Positions 18,449 to 28,621 are shown, numbered from the stretch's first letter. The stretch is 64,000 nt of DNA from a virus (IMGVR_UViG_3300030117_007612:128001-192000); one strand, 5' to 3'. Program-made: numbers and translations. Notes: generated by a model not told the origin, from the letters alone.

Positions 18449-19756
18449 ATGGCTAACTTATTTGACGCCCTTAAGTATTATACAGACACTGGAGAAATGC
18501 ATTCAATTAGCACTCCGGCAGGTAGTTCTCAATTCCCGGGCATTGCCCCCATGGTCCAGCCATATATGGATGGATCCGATGCCATGGCCAACCTAAAGGG
18601 CTCTATTTTGGGATTTGAACATGTTGGAACAAATACATATATTCCTTTTAAGGCTTTTATCACCAATTTTGTGGAAACTTACAGTTCCGACTGGAATACA
18701 GAGGTTATATTCGGCAGACACGATCCAGTGTACGGCTATAAGAATACAAATAGAGAAATATCTATCGGATGGAAGGTGCCCGCTGCTACATTAAGCGAGG
18801 CAGTAGAAAATTTAGCCAGACTTCAGGTGTTTTTAAAGATGTTATATCCGGGATATAGCGCAACACACCATAGCGCAGGCCCCTCACGCACGCATCTGGT
18901 GCAATCTCCGCTTGTCAGAATGCAGTTTATGAACATGGTTTCAAGACACGCTTCGGGTGATCCGGGAATCAACATTAAAAGTCACCATGGGTACCGTGTC
19001 GTTGGCCCAAGCACGCGCGGTACCGCCCGAGTAAGGTCGGCAATTTCATATGCCAGACAAACTGTCGGCCGCAGCGGAATACAGGGCGGCACACCAACTG
19101 GGCTGTTGGGTGCTATAACCAGCGTCACCGTGAATCTAAATTTAGATACAGATGTTGGTGTTTTTCACGGCCAAGGGGCAATTATACCAAAACTAATAGA
19201 AGTCGATATAACATTTGCTCCAGTTCACGAAATACCGCTTGGATGGGACGAAAACGGAATTATTCGCACCCCCGGTAAAGCGGGCGGCGCGCAATCAGCA
19301 GCTTTTAGTGACGGATCTAGCAATTGGCCATATGGTATAAACGATGGTGAGACTCATTTTCAAGCGGGCCTTACGCAAGATGACATAGATGGTTTAATCA
19401 ATCTCGAACGCGAATTTCGCGATAAAGAAGCTGATATTTTAAATGCTCAAGCGAGATATAATGGATTATTTGGAAGAGCGCTGGCAAAACATGATGCGGC
19501 CGCATGCGCAGGCGGAAGGTGTTCTAACATGAGAGCTTCCGCTGCCAGAGGCGCCGAAGACTATTTCAACAGAAGAGGGAACAGCGAGACTAACCGAAGG
19601 AGCCGAGGCTCTAGTGCTGATTGGCCATACAACCGCGATCATACCGGCCAGAACAACGCGCCGTGGAGTCCCGGCTTTGGAACCAACCCCCAGAATGACT
19701 ACAATACGGCCAATGCAATAAGACGAATACGAAGAAACAAGGCCAATAAAAAATAA
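18449..19756 (+). CDS. Baseplate/tube-initiator-like protein B (paralog of A)
   Basis: FKAFITNFVETYSSDW..IFGRHDP..NTNREISIGW..SPLVRMQF; starts immediately after the stop of A. Confidence 0.6.
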   Translation: MANLFDALKYYTDTGEMHSISTPAGSSQFPGIAPMVQPYMDGSDAMANLKGSILGFEHVGTNTYIPFKAFITNFVETYSSDWNTEVIFGRHDPVYGYKNTNREISIGWKVPAATLSEAVENLARLQVFLKMLYPGYSATHHSAGPSRTHLVQSPLVRMQFMNMVSRHASGDPGINIKSHHGYRVVGPSTRGTARVRSAISYARQTVGRSGIQGGTPTGLLGAITSVTVNLNLDTDVGVFHGQGAIIPKLIEVDITFAPVHEIPLGWDENGIIRTPGKAGGAQSAAFSDGSSNWPYGINDGETHFQAGLTQDDIDGLINLEREFRDKEADILNAQARYNGLFGRALAKHDAAACAGGRCSNMRASAARGAEDYFNRRGNSETNRRSRGSSADWPYNRDHTGQNNAPWSPGFGTNPQNDYNTANAIRRIRRNKANKK

Positions 19757-19768
19757 AGGAAAATTGAG

Positions 19769-20104
19769 ATGGGAAGATATAGCAACAGAACAGTCGTTAC
19801 GAATGACAACGAAGTTTATGACGAATTGAGAGATCGGAGAAAAATCAAAATAGTGGAACACTACAACTCCGCAAATTTAAGACACCCATCTGTATATGAT
19901 CGTTCGTTGGTTAATCTAACCCCGCATGTTTGGACAGCAGGAGACAGGTTCTACAGGCTAGCCGATCAGTTTTACGGCGAAGCAGGTTTATGGTGGATAA
20001 TTGCATGGTTTAATACGGCGCCAACTGAAGCTCACATGTCTCCGGGCGAAGTGATTCATATTCCAACCCCCCTTAGCAGGGTTTATGACATGCTAGGGTA
20101 TTAG
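19769..20104 (+). CDS. LysM/Tail-X-like baseplate wedge protein
   Basis: HVWTAGDRFYRLADQFYGEAGLWWIIAWFN..PGEVIHIP. Confidence 0.8.
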   Translation: MGRYSNRTVVTNDNEVYDELRDRRKIKIVEHYNSANLRHPSVYDRSLVNLTPHVWTAGDRFYRLADQFYGEAGLWWIIAWFNTAPTEAHMSPGEVIHIPTPLSRVYDMLGY

Positions 20105-20106
20105 TT

Positions 20107-23100
20107 ATGAGTGATAATGGGGCACCAGTTACTTGGTCAAATATCGGGAAGAGATATAACTACGGCGCCGGCGCCGAGAAGCAGAGGCAAACGGCCCGCG
20201 AAGAAACAGAGCGCAAAAATGCGGCACGTGCCCTAGCTGATACATACCAAACAAATCTTTCCACTGCAATCCAAAAGTACAACGGTTCTCCGAATTCTGG
20301 CTATATTGACGAGATTGCAACGGGCGATATGGGCTGGGTTGGCTACTCAGACACGCTAGCGAAAACACGGGAACAAGTTACAGCATTAGGCATACCCGAG
20401 ACAGAATCCCCACATAAAGAACTCATAGACGCAGAGAAAACCCTCGCTGCCTATGATGAAACCGTAGCCAAAAGCAACAAGGCCATGGAAGACGCAGGAA
20501 TCAAGATGCTTAAGCCCGGAGAGCAACCATCTGAAGGTTATGTTCCTGCGCCTTTGTATCCGGCTTGGTATGGGGAAAAAGGCCGCCCAATGGCTGCGGC
20601 TATGGGTCTTGCGCCAAAAACGCGCCCGTCCACGGCCGCCACCGGTGCACCGGCCGGATCCCGCGCGGCATCAGGTGTTGCCGGGACAGTTGCCACGAAG
20701 ACATACGGACAACAACAGAGATTCAGACAACAGTGCTATTTGTTGAGTCGCATAAAACGTTTTGCAAAATTTAGCGCAACGCTTCATTCCGGATACGTAG
20801 TTGATGAGGTTGATCGTAGTAGAAAATTACCATATTTTGACGGAGTTTCAAATACCTCAATTCCCGTTGTAGGTGAGCCCTTTGGATTAATGAATAAACT
20901 AATCGGGAACTCAAAAAGCGAAGAATTAAATAACCTAACGACAGCACAGATATCGGCATTGATACCGTTACTGAGAATATTTAAGGTACATAGATTGCCG
21001 AATGGTACCGAACGGCATAACGAAATACTTTTTGACACACACGTAACCCGAACCGACATGACAGTCTTTGAAAGTCGCTCTGCCCGCGGTGCCGGATCCG
21101 GCCTAAACAGCTTTGACATAACCTTTGATGGTAGTAACTTTTTTACAGCCAAAAAAGCGATAAAAGCTAAGCTAAGCATGCATTTCGATTCATTTAACGA
21201 CATAATTAGAATTCGAAGGAGCAATTCTGGGCAAACCTTTAGATATGTTGACTTGGCACTAAGAACCAGCAGCGCCTCCGGTGGAAGAAAAGATCCAAAC
21301 CGGGACTCATTTCCTGAAAGCTACAGGATCAAAGTTATTGCTGGTTGGTCAGTACCTAGATCTGGCTTGGATAAGGAGCTGTTTAAAGATCAGGAGTTAA
21401 GAACAGCGATAGAAAACTCTTCTGTGATCTTTAATTTAACAATGGTTTCTCACACATTTAACGTTGATGATCTGGGCAGGGTTACTTTCGATATTGATTA
21501 TATGGCATATATTGATGCGGCTTTTTCAACAAAGTATGCAAATGTTCTAACAAATACCGATTTAATGGAAAAGTACTTAAAAAGAGAGTCCACCCTTAGA
21601 ATAATTTCTAAATCTGACTGTACCTCGGAAGAAAAATCAAAATTGAAAAAAGAATTATCCTTGGAAGCAGAGAGAGACAAAAAGACTGCTTTGAAAACAT
21701 TATTGGAAAAATTAGGAAGCGAAAAAAAGATATTTTACCACATCATACCCATGGCAGCCCTAGATAGTTTTAATAAGCTAGGCCCATGGGCTGAAGACGA
21801 CTCACTTGAGATAGAAGAAGGTGAAAACTTTGTCCAAAATGATGTTGAAAAAGACATCCTTAATATAATAGATGCCTATGATAAAAAGAAAGATTTACCT
21901 GAAAATTTAACTGGATTAATTCGTCGCCCCACATCAAACAAGGAATACATACTGCCCTTCTTTTTTCTTGGCGACTTGCTCGACGCAGGCCTTGGAAACA
22001 TTTCTGAATATACCTCGGACGCACACAATATAGCATCAGGCAATCCGGATGTTGATGGAGATTTTCTATCTTTTTCTCACTCCTTCCAAGGTTTAAGAAT
22101 TCTGACCGGAGATATCGAATTAGTGGAACCAAAAACAGGCGCAATTTACAGGGCCAACATGGCAGACGTCCCGGTATCTATTGATTATTTTGTGGAATGG
22201 TTTATGGGCAAAGTAATCTCGAAAGGCGGAGAGCCTGAATATCCATTGAGTAATTTTGTCAAAGACTTGATGAATAGTATTCTTACAACTGCTGGGGATG
22301 CCGAGTGTTTTGGATCTTCAGCAATTTCAAAAGTTCATGCCCGAGTCAGTTATCTTTCTGGGCTAGCCTCAGTTCGAGGCGCCGACCCGGCCACCATGGC
22401 AGCATCCAAATCCGGCATGAAAAGAATCGACATAGATGAAATAACCCAAAAAGGTTCACGGGCTCTGATTAGAACCTCAGATTCCGTAGATAAACTGGCC
22501 ACAGAAAGCAAACCGACATACCAATATATTGTATTTTATGCTTCTCGGGCCTATCCCCACAGCAGACAAGGTCATTATGTGAACGATGCCCAAGTCGGTA
22601 TTCCTCATTTTGAAATCGGCCGCGGCGAGGGTATGGTTAAAAATATACAATTTCAAAAAGCCGAACAGAAATATTTCAAAGAAATGATGCTTGAACAAGA
22701 GGGTTACGAAGGCTTGGCTCAAGTTAGGGAACCCTATGCTGTAACGATTACCATGTTTGGCAATTTAAATTATTTTCCGGGATCGTACATATATGTTGAC
22801 CCACGCGGTTTGGGTTCAATGATGGGATCACCACAAGATGATAAAGGAGACGATGGGTATGGCAGTCTCGCTTGGCAGCTCGGAATGGGCGGATATTATA
22901 TGATTACAAAGACCGCCAGTAAAATCACAAGCGGAATATACGAAACAACGCTATATGCCACATGGGTTGCACGAGGCGCCCGCCATGATCCTGAATTGGC
23001 GCCGTCTGTGATGGCCGAAGCGGCAGAAGACTGCGAATCTCTACCAAAACCAATTGTCAATGTTAGCCTCGTCGAAAGAGGAAAGTTCGACCAGATCGGC

Positions 23101-23202
23101 ATCTTCGTGTCGCCCAACGAGGCAAAGCCCGGCGATGTTGTTGGGTACGTCGAAAATTCGAGAACAGGCGAGAAGCGGTATACGCGCCTGCCCGATGAAT
23201 AG
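20107..23202 (+). CDS. Baseplate hub protein (gp27/VgrG-like), large
   Basis: Follows LysM gene; C-terminal YAVTITMFGNLNYFPGSYIYVDP..GGYYMITK..YETTL typical of hub/late-control-D proteins. Confidence 0.6.
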   Translation: MSDNGAPVTWSNIGKRYNYGAGAEKQRQTAREETERKNAARALADTYQTNLSTAIQKYNGSPNSGYIDEIATGDMGWVGYSDTLAKTREQVTALGIPETESPHKELIDAEKTLAAYDETVAKSNKAMEDAGIKMLKPGEQPSEGYVPAPLYPAWYGEKGRPMAAAMGLAPKTRPSTAATGAPAGSRAASGVAGTVATKTYGQQQRFRQQCYLLSRIKRFAKFSATLHSGYVVDEVDRSRKLPYFDGVSNTSIPVVGEPFGLMNKLIGNSKSEELNNLTTAQISALIPLLRIFKVHRLPNGTERHNEILFDTHVTRTDMTVFESRSARGAGSGLNSFDITFDGSNFFTAKKAIKAKLSMHFDSFNDIIRIRRSNSGQTFRYVDLALRTSSASGGRKDPNRDSFPESYRIKVIAGWSVPRSGLDKELFKDQELRTAIENSSVIFNLTMVSHTFNVDDLGRVTFDIDYMAYIDAAFSTKYANVLTNTDLMEKYLKRESTLRIISKSDCTSEEKSKLKKELSLEAERDKKTALKTLLEKLGSEKKIFYHIIPMAALDSFNKLGPWAEDDSLEIEEGENFVQNDVEKDILNIIDAYDKKKDLPENLTGLIRRPTSNKEYILPFFFLGDLLDAGLGNISEYTSDAHNIASGNPDVDGDFLSFSHSFQGLRILTGDIELVEPKTGAIYRANMADVPVSIDYFVEWFMGKVISKGGEPEYPLSNFVKDLMNSILTTAGDAECFGSSAISKVHARVSYLSGLASVRGADPATMAASKSGMKRIDIDEITQKGSRALIRTSDSVDKLATESKPTYQYIVFYASRAYPHSRQGHYVNDAQVGIPHFEIGRGEGMVKNIQFQKAEQKYFKEMMLEQEGYEGLAQVREPYAVTITMFGNLNYFPGSYIYVDPRGLGSMMGSPQDDKGDDGYGSLAWQLGMGGYYMITKTASKITSGIYETTLYATWVARGARHDPELAPSVMAEAAEDCESLPKPIVNVSLVERGKFDQIGIFVSPNEAKPGDVVGYVENSRTGEKRYTRLPDE

Positions 23203-23213
23203 GAGAATAAAAA

Positions 23214-24509
23214 ATGGCAAAATCATTTAAAGGATCAAATCGATTAGTAAACGCACGGGGTATATTCAATGAAAAAACCATATACAACACAGACAACCTG
23301 TTGATAGACTATTCAGAAAGATATGCAAATTTTGTATTTTTCAATTTGTATGAATTTCAACTGTATGGTAGGGTTGCCAGATTGCCCGCCCCTATAATTT
23401 TGAGACCAAAAGCGCTTACCGGACCCTCACTCAAAAGCCTTGAATCCCGCAGTGAATCACAAATACGATTGGTTAATTTTGTTGCTGATGCTTTTGCAGA
23501 CTTTAAAGCAGCTTTTAGAAAAAAACAATATAAAGGTGAATTAGCCACCAATGAAACATTTTTAAGTAATATTGTGCCATACAAGGGTCACATAAGTGCA
23601 GACGCAGAGTACGCCAAACATCGACAAAATATTTTTAATGCAATAAATCAGCATGTTTTTGATAAAAATTTACAAATTAAAAATTTTCAAGATTTTATGA
23701 GAACTGTAGAGGGTTTATTTTATCAATTCGCCGACAAAATACCTGTCACTCGATCTGGTTTTATAAAAAGCAGATTCTGTTCGCCCTTGGTTAGTGGGCT
23801 GGTGGTCGAAATATCAAGCTTAAACTATGACGACGATCAAAGAAAGTTTGATGCATTTATTTCTAGTCCCAATTTTGAATTTTATTTAAACAATGCGCGC
23901 GAACACGGATTCTATGTTGACGCATCTGCGCCATGGCGAATGATTGCAGATCTTGGATCGACCCAGATGGAAAGATATATGGAGAATTACGATGTGCGAC
24001 CGGCTGTAAATAGTGATCTAGAGCATGTTGACATTGTGCTCACATCATATTATGATATAGCAGCACCGGACGGATTTGAGTTGCTTATTACAACGCTTGT
24101 GGGCATGTATAATTCTTTTGTTGGTCTTAATCCTTATGATACTGAGCCCTTTATGTGTTCGAATGGTGAAACGATGATTAGGGGCATAACACGCAAAGAG
24201 ATAACGATTCAATATGCTACCAAGCTTTATTCAACTCATTACTGGCTGTGGTTGTATCTTAGATTGAGAAATATCGAATCAAATTCAATCTTAAATGAAG
24301 AGAATTTACACATTTTATACAACAATCTTTCAAAAATGGTTGACAAACTACCCATTAGGGATATATTATGGATGATGGAGATTGCAATTTGTGACGTTTC
24401 CGGTGAATCTGGATCCTATCATAATTTTGCTAAAGGTCTGACCCAAGAAGAGCAATATAAACTAAACATGGCAATTTATAGGGGTGCACGTGATATTTCA
24501 AGCTATTGA
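23214..24509 (+). CDS. Hypothetical protein
   Basis: 431-aa ORF with SD AGGAG; no motif recognised. Confidence 0.75.
   Translation: MAKSFKGSNRLVNARGIFNEKTIYNTDNLLIDYSERYANFVFFNLYEFQLYGRVARLPAPIILRPKALTGPSLKSLESRSESQIRLVNFVADAFADFKAAFRKKQYKGELATNETFLSNIVPYKGHISADAEYAKHRQNIFNAINQHVFDKNLQIKNFQDFMRTVEGLFYQFADKIPVTRSGFIKSRFCSPLVSGLVVEISSLNYDDDQRKFDAFISSPNFEFYLNNAREHGFYVDASAPWRMIADLGSTQMERYMENYDVRPAVNSDLEHVDIVLTSYYDIAAPDGFELLITTLVGMYNSFVGLNPYDTEPFMCSNGETMIRGITRKEITIQYATKLYSTHYWLWLYLRLRNIESNSILNEENLHILYNNLSKMVDKLPIRDILWMMEIAICDVSGESGSYHNFAKGLTQEEQYKLNMAIYRGARDISSY
24340..24369 (+). promoter_or_regulatory. Sigma70-type promoter internal to upstream CDS
   Basis: TTGACA-N16-TATATT or N18-TATTAT, about 120 nt before the polA-like gene. 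Confidence 0.55.
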
Positions 24510-25674
24510 TGACAACAAAAGCTGTGTTGGTGTCTATTCTGGTGGGGAGCTTATATTCAATAAGCTACCGGAGAATTTAACCAAAACGTGGAAATACGCA
24601 GCTTATCTGGACAATATGGATGTTGAATATGCATATATTTATGCAAACGGTCAACAATTGGCCGAAGTATGCCCCGAGCACCTGCTGGGCGATTGGAAGC
24701 GCGTGAAAAAGAAGTTTGAGGCATATTTGAAAACCTTTCAAATAGCTAAAGTTTCATTATATGACAATTGTTTGTATGATTTGGTACCTCATGGGTTTTT
24801 GAAGGAATTCTTTAATGTTCGAAACAACATCACAAAGCATGTTTTTGAAAATTATGATAAACCCGACAACTACGATTTCTTGAGCGAAACATACAAAACA
24901 GTATACGACATAAAACACCAGCAACTAAACATCGATTATAATTCTATTCAAAAGGCTAGCCTCTCGCATGCTATGAAGGGCTATCTTCATAATTTGAAAA
25001 AATACGAAAAACGCTGCTCATACAACATATTCGGAACAAAAACAGGCCGGTTTACTAACACCTCAGATTCTTTTCCAATATTGACAATGCCGAAAGCCTT
25101 GAGGGGGGTAATTAAGCCACAAAATGATTGGCTACTGGCTTTGGATTACAATGGAGCCGAGGTCAGAACGCTGCTGTCCCTTTTGGGGGAACAACAGCCA
25201 GAGCACGACATCCATGAATGGAATGCAAAAAATATATTTGATAAAACACTCGATCGCGATGAAGCTAAAAAGAGATTTTTTGCATGGCTCTATAACCCCA
25301 AGTCTGATGATGTAAGTTCTGAATTCTACGATCGTGATAAAATTATTGAGAAGTACTGGAGCGACGGGGAGCTTCAAACCGTCTATGGCAGGCGGATCAA
25401 AGTCAACAAAGAGAAAGCATTAAATTATTGCCTGCAAAGTACGTGTGCCGACACTATATCCGATCGCATGAATGTGATTCATAATTTTTTGAAAGATAAA
25501 AAATCAAAAATTGCATTTTCCGTGCATGATGAGATTGTGATTGATATGGCAAATGAGGAAAAAGGCCACATACCAGAGTTAGTCGAACTGTTCTCCAATA
25601 ACAAATTGGACAAGTTTTCGACAACTGTTAAGGCTGGCAAAAACTTCGGTGATTTAAGGAAACTAAACCTATGA
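24484..25674 (+). CDS. Minimal family-A DNA polymerase-like protein
   Basis: TKTGRFT, motif A LALDYNGAEVR, motif B RDEAKKRFFAWLY, motif C SVHDEIVID; alternative start GTG 24490. Confidence 0.8.
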   Translation: MHVIFQAIDDNKSCVGVYSGGELIFNKLPENLTKTWKYAAYLDNMDVEYAYIYANGQQLAEVCPEHLLGDWKRVKKKFEAYLKTFQIAKVSLYDNCLYDLVPHGFLKEFFNVRNNITKHVFENYDKPDNYDFLSETYKTVYDIKHQQLNIDYNSIQKASLSHAMKGYLHNLKKYEKRCSYNIFGTKTGRFTNTSDSFPILTMPKALRGVIKPQNDWLLALDYNGAEVRTLLSLLGEQQPEHDIHEWNAKNIFDKTLDRDEAKKRFFAWLYNPKSDDVSSEFYDRDKIIEKYWSDGELQTVYGRRIKVNKEKALNYCLQSTCADTISDRMNVIHNFLKDKKSKIAFSVHDEIVIDMANEEKGHIPELVELFSNNKLDKFSTTVKAGKNFGDLRKLNL

Positions 25675-26507
25675 TCAGTGTGATTGGAGTTGGTACCGCC
25701 GGAATTAACGTAGCGGAAAAGTTCGCAGGCTACCCGCAGTATAATATTTATAAAGTTGGCGACGTCAAGGGAGAAAACAAAAACGAATATCAATGGCGAC
25801 CAGATAATATGGAGCCCGAATTTATCGAAGAAAACACACCAGATTTAAAACAATTTTTTAGTGAAGTTGATAATGATATATATTTCATAATTGCTGGTGA
25901 CTCTTTGCTGGCAAACGCAACGCTGGCCCTTTTAGAGCAAGTAAAAGATCACAAAATCAGCGTCTTCTTTTTACATCCCGAAGTCAAGTTGTTAACAGCC
26001 AAAAAGAAACTCCAGAACCGCGCCATATTTAATGTATTACAGGAGTATACACGTTCGGGACTGTTTGTTTCATTAAATGTAATCAATAATTACAATTTCG
26101 AAAGCATTCTTGGTTCAATTCCAATAAAAAACTATTGGGACAATATCAATAGTACAATTGTTTCTTCGATTCACATGATGAATGTTTTTAGATTTTCAAA
26201 GCCAATGCTGGGCAAACTTCATGAATCACAAAGCATATCTAGGATCCGAACCTTTGGCATTGTTGCAATGAAAGATTTTGAAGAAAAGTTGTTTTTTGAG
26301 CTTGACAACGTTAGGGAAAAGAGATATTATATAGGTATAAATGAAGAAACACTAGAAAGTGACGAAGGGCTGTATACTAAAATCTTGACCAATATAAGCA
26401 ACAAATCAGAAGATGGCGAAATTGATGTTTCATACGCAATTTATCCAACTAAGTATGATTACGACTTAGCTTATTGTGAACATTCAACACACTTTATTCA
26501 AACATAA
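25671..26507 (+). CDS. Divergent tubulin/FtsZ-fold protein
   Basis: N-terminal VIGVGTAGINVAEKF resembles FtsZ VIGVGGAGGN; GGGTG signature absent. Confidence 0.65.
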   Translation: MISVIGVGTAGINVAEKFAGYPQYNIYKVGDVKGENKNEYQWRPDNMEPEFIEENTPDLKQFFSEVDNDIYFIIAGDSLLANATLALLEQVKDHKISVFFLHPEVKLLTAKKKLQNRAIFNVLQEYTRSGLFVSLNVINNYNFESILGSIPIKNYWDNINSTIVSSIHMMNVFRFSKPMLGKLHESQSISRIRTFGIVAMKDFEEKLFFELDNVREKRYYIGINEETLESDEGLYTKILTNISNKSEDGEIDVSYAIYPTKYDYDLAYCEHSTHFIQT

Positions 26508-26515
26508 AATAACAC

Positions 26516-26544
26516 TTTACATTACCACAAATAGTGGTTATAAT
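26516..26544 (+). promoter_or_regulatory. Sigma70-type promoter
   Basis: TTTACA-N17-TATAAT. Confidence 0.8.
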
Positions 26545-26619
26545 AGCTTTAGATATCGGGAACATTTGCTCGATATACTATACGTGCAATAGCACAAAAT
26601 GACAAAAGGAGAAAATTAA

Positions 26620-27384
26620 ATGTCAATCAACATGGAACTAATGAGAGAAAAGCTCTCAACCCTTCGGGGCGAAAACGAAAACAACAAGTCGGATGTATTC
26701 TGGCGCCCACCAGAGGGCGAGTCTATCATCCGAATCGTACCAACAGACGATGGGGACCCCTTCAAGGAGGTTCACTTTCACTATAATGTGCCCAACTATA
26801 AGGGCGGCATTATGTGCCCAAAACGCAATTTCGGCGATCGTTGCCCAATTTGCGACTTTGCTTCTTCAGTGTGGCGTGAAGGCGTCGACAACAATGATGA
26901 AGAAAGCAAGAAGCTGGCCAAGTCCTTGTTTGTTCGGGCCCGATACTTTTCACCGGTAATTTCTCGCGATGACGAGGATGCAGGCGTCAAGGTTTACGGC
27001 TACGGCAAGAAGGCTTATGAGCTTTTGCTGGGATATGTATTGGATCCCGAGTACGGAGATATCACAGATGCCGATGAGGGCACGGACATCGCAGTGACAT
27101 ATACCAAGCCAACGCGCCCCGGCGCATACCCTCAAACTAGCATGAAGATGCGACGTTCAACGTCGCCACTTCTGGAGGATCAGGAGCGAATCCCTGCCCT
27201 CTTGGATAGTGTGCCTGATATTATGGCACTATTCAAACGCTCGACTCCGGAGGAGATCGACCAAATCCTTGACGAATATTTGTCAGGAGACGCCAGTGCA
27301 GAGCAGCGATCAAGCGAGACCCACAAGTACGAAAAAGAAACAAATAGTGTGGACGCTGCTTTTGACGAGCTACTGGCTGGCTAA
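26620..27384 (+). CDS. Single-stranded DNA-binding protein (T4 gp32-like)
   Basis: FWRPP..IRIVP, Zn-site HY..CPKRNFGDRCPIC, YGYGKK, DITD..GTDI, acidic tail FDELLAG. Confidence 0.85.
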   Translation: MSINMELMREKLSTLRGENENNKSDVFWRPPEGESIIRIVPTDDGDPFKEVHFHYNVPNYKGGIMCPKRNFGDRCPICDFASSVWREGVDNNDEESKKLAKSLFVRARYFSPVISRDDEDAGVKVYGYGKKAYELLLGYVLDPEYGDITDADEGTDIAVTYTKPTRPGAYPQTSMKMRRSTSPLLEDQERIPALLDSVPDIMALFKRSTPEEIDQILDEYLSGDASAEQRSSETHKYEKETNSVDAAFDELLAG

Positions 27385-27401
27385 TGTGCTAGTCCCGCAG
27401 G

Positions 27402-27431
27402 GAGGCACGGGGAACAGGTGCCTCATTTTTT
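27402..27431 (+). terminator. Terminator/attenuator hairpin between ssb and recA
   Basis: GAGGCAC-ggggaacag-GTGCCTC-ATTTTTT. Confidence 0.7.
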
Positions 27432-27450
27432 ATACCAATTAGAGGATTTT

Positions 27451-28596
27451 ATGGCAAGAGCTAAAAAAGTAAAGGCCGGAAAGCTTTCTATGTCTGATAT
27501 GCGCAAGCTCATCAACAAGAAGGCCGGCCAAAATGTAGCACATGATTTAACTGATGAGAACCCAACGTCAGTTAAGCAATGGATCCCCACCGGCTCTCGG
27601 TGGCTTGATTCAATTATTTGCCGCGGCAAACGTGCGGGTATTCCAGTAGGCAAGGTTTCGGAAATTGCCGGCCTTGAAGCGACCGGCAAGTCATACATGG
27701 CCGCGCAGATTGCTGCGAATGCTCAAAAAATGGGGATTGACGTTATCTATTTTGATTCTGAGTCGGCAATCGACCCGGCGTTCCTTGAGCGTGCTGGTTG
27801 TGATTTAAATAGCTTGCTGTACGTTCAGGCTGTTTCTGTTGAGTTTGTACTTGAAACAATTGAGGATCTGCTAGGAAATAATGAAAATCAGATGTTATTC
27901 ATCTGGGATTCACTGGCTTTGACCCCAAGTGTTTCTGATGTTGAGGGTGATTTTAATCCACAATCTTCCATGGCAGTAAAGGCAAGAATCCTTGCCAAGG
28001 GCATGTCAAAACTCACAGTGCCAATCGCGGACACTCAGTCGACTTTTTTGGTACTAAACCAATTAAAGACGAATATTCCGCAAGGCCCAATGGCACGTAT
28101 TGAGGCAATGACAACTCCATATATGACGCCCGGCGGAAAAGCGATGCATTATGCTTATTCTTTGCGAATTTGGTTGACTGGACGAAAAGCAAAGTCATCA
28201 TACATTGAGGATGAGAATGGGTTTCGCATTGGCTCCGAAGTTAAGGCCAAGATCGAAAAGTCGAGGTTTGGTACTGCCGGCCGCAACTGTAACTTTAGAA
28301 TCATGTGGTCTGACAGCGTTAGAATTCTTGATGAAGAAAGTTGGTTTAACGCAATTAAGGGATCCAAGCACTTGACTTCGTCCGGCGCATGGTACACGCT
28401 TGATATGGGCAACAACACCACAAAGAAGTTTCAACCATCTCGATGGGCTGATATTATTATGAATGATGAAAATTTCAGAGAGAGGGTGTTGAGCATAATG
28501 GACGAAGAGGTGGTTCTTAAATTCGAACTGCGAGAAGGAAAAGCATCAGATTTTTACGAGGATGAATCTGCAGATCAAACAACACAAAGTGCTTGA
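27451..28596 (+). CDS. recA: RecA/UvsX recombinase
   Basis: IPTGS..LD, Walker A GLEATGKS, FIWDSLA, NQLK, TPGGKAMHYAYSLRI, KIEKSRF; start set at ATG 27451 after SD GAGG. Confidence 0.95.
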   Translation: MARAKKVKAGKLSMSDMRKLINKKAGQNVAHDLTDENPTSVKQWIPTGSRWLDSIICRGKRAGIPVGKVSEIAGLEATGKSYMAAQIAANAQKMGIDVIYFDSESAIDPAFLERAGCDLNSLLYVQAVSVEFVLETIEDLLGNNENQMLFIWDSLALTPSVSDVEGDFNPQSSMAVKARILAKGMSKLTVPIADTQSTFLVLNQLKTNIPQGPMARIEAMTTPYMTPGGKAMHYAYSLRIWLTGRKAKSSYIEDENGFRIGSEVKAKIEKSRFGTAGRNCNFRIMWSDSVRILDEESWFNAIKGSKHLTSSGAWYTLDMGNNTTKKFQPSRWADIIMNDENFRERVLSIMDEEVVLKFELREGKASDFYEDESADQTTQSA

Positions 28597-28621
28597 CTTT
28601 TGCCTCCCCCAGAGTTATAAT
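28593..28621 (+). promoter_or_regulatory. Sigma70-type promoter
   Basis: TTGACT-N17-TATAAT. Confidence 0.85.

Noticed and set aside
24484-26507. Idea that the polA-like and tubulin-like genes belong to the late baseplate operon
   Set aside because: An internal TTGACA-N16/18 promoter at 24340-24369 offers a simpler early expression route.
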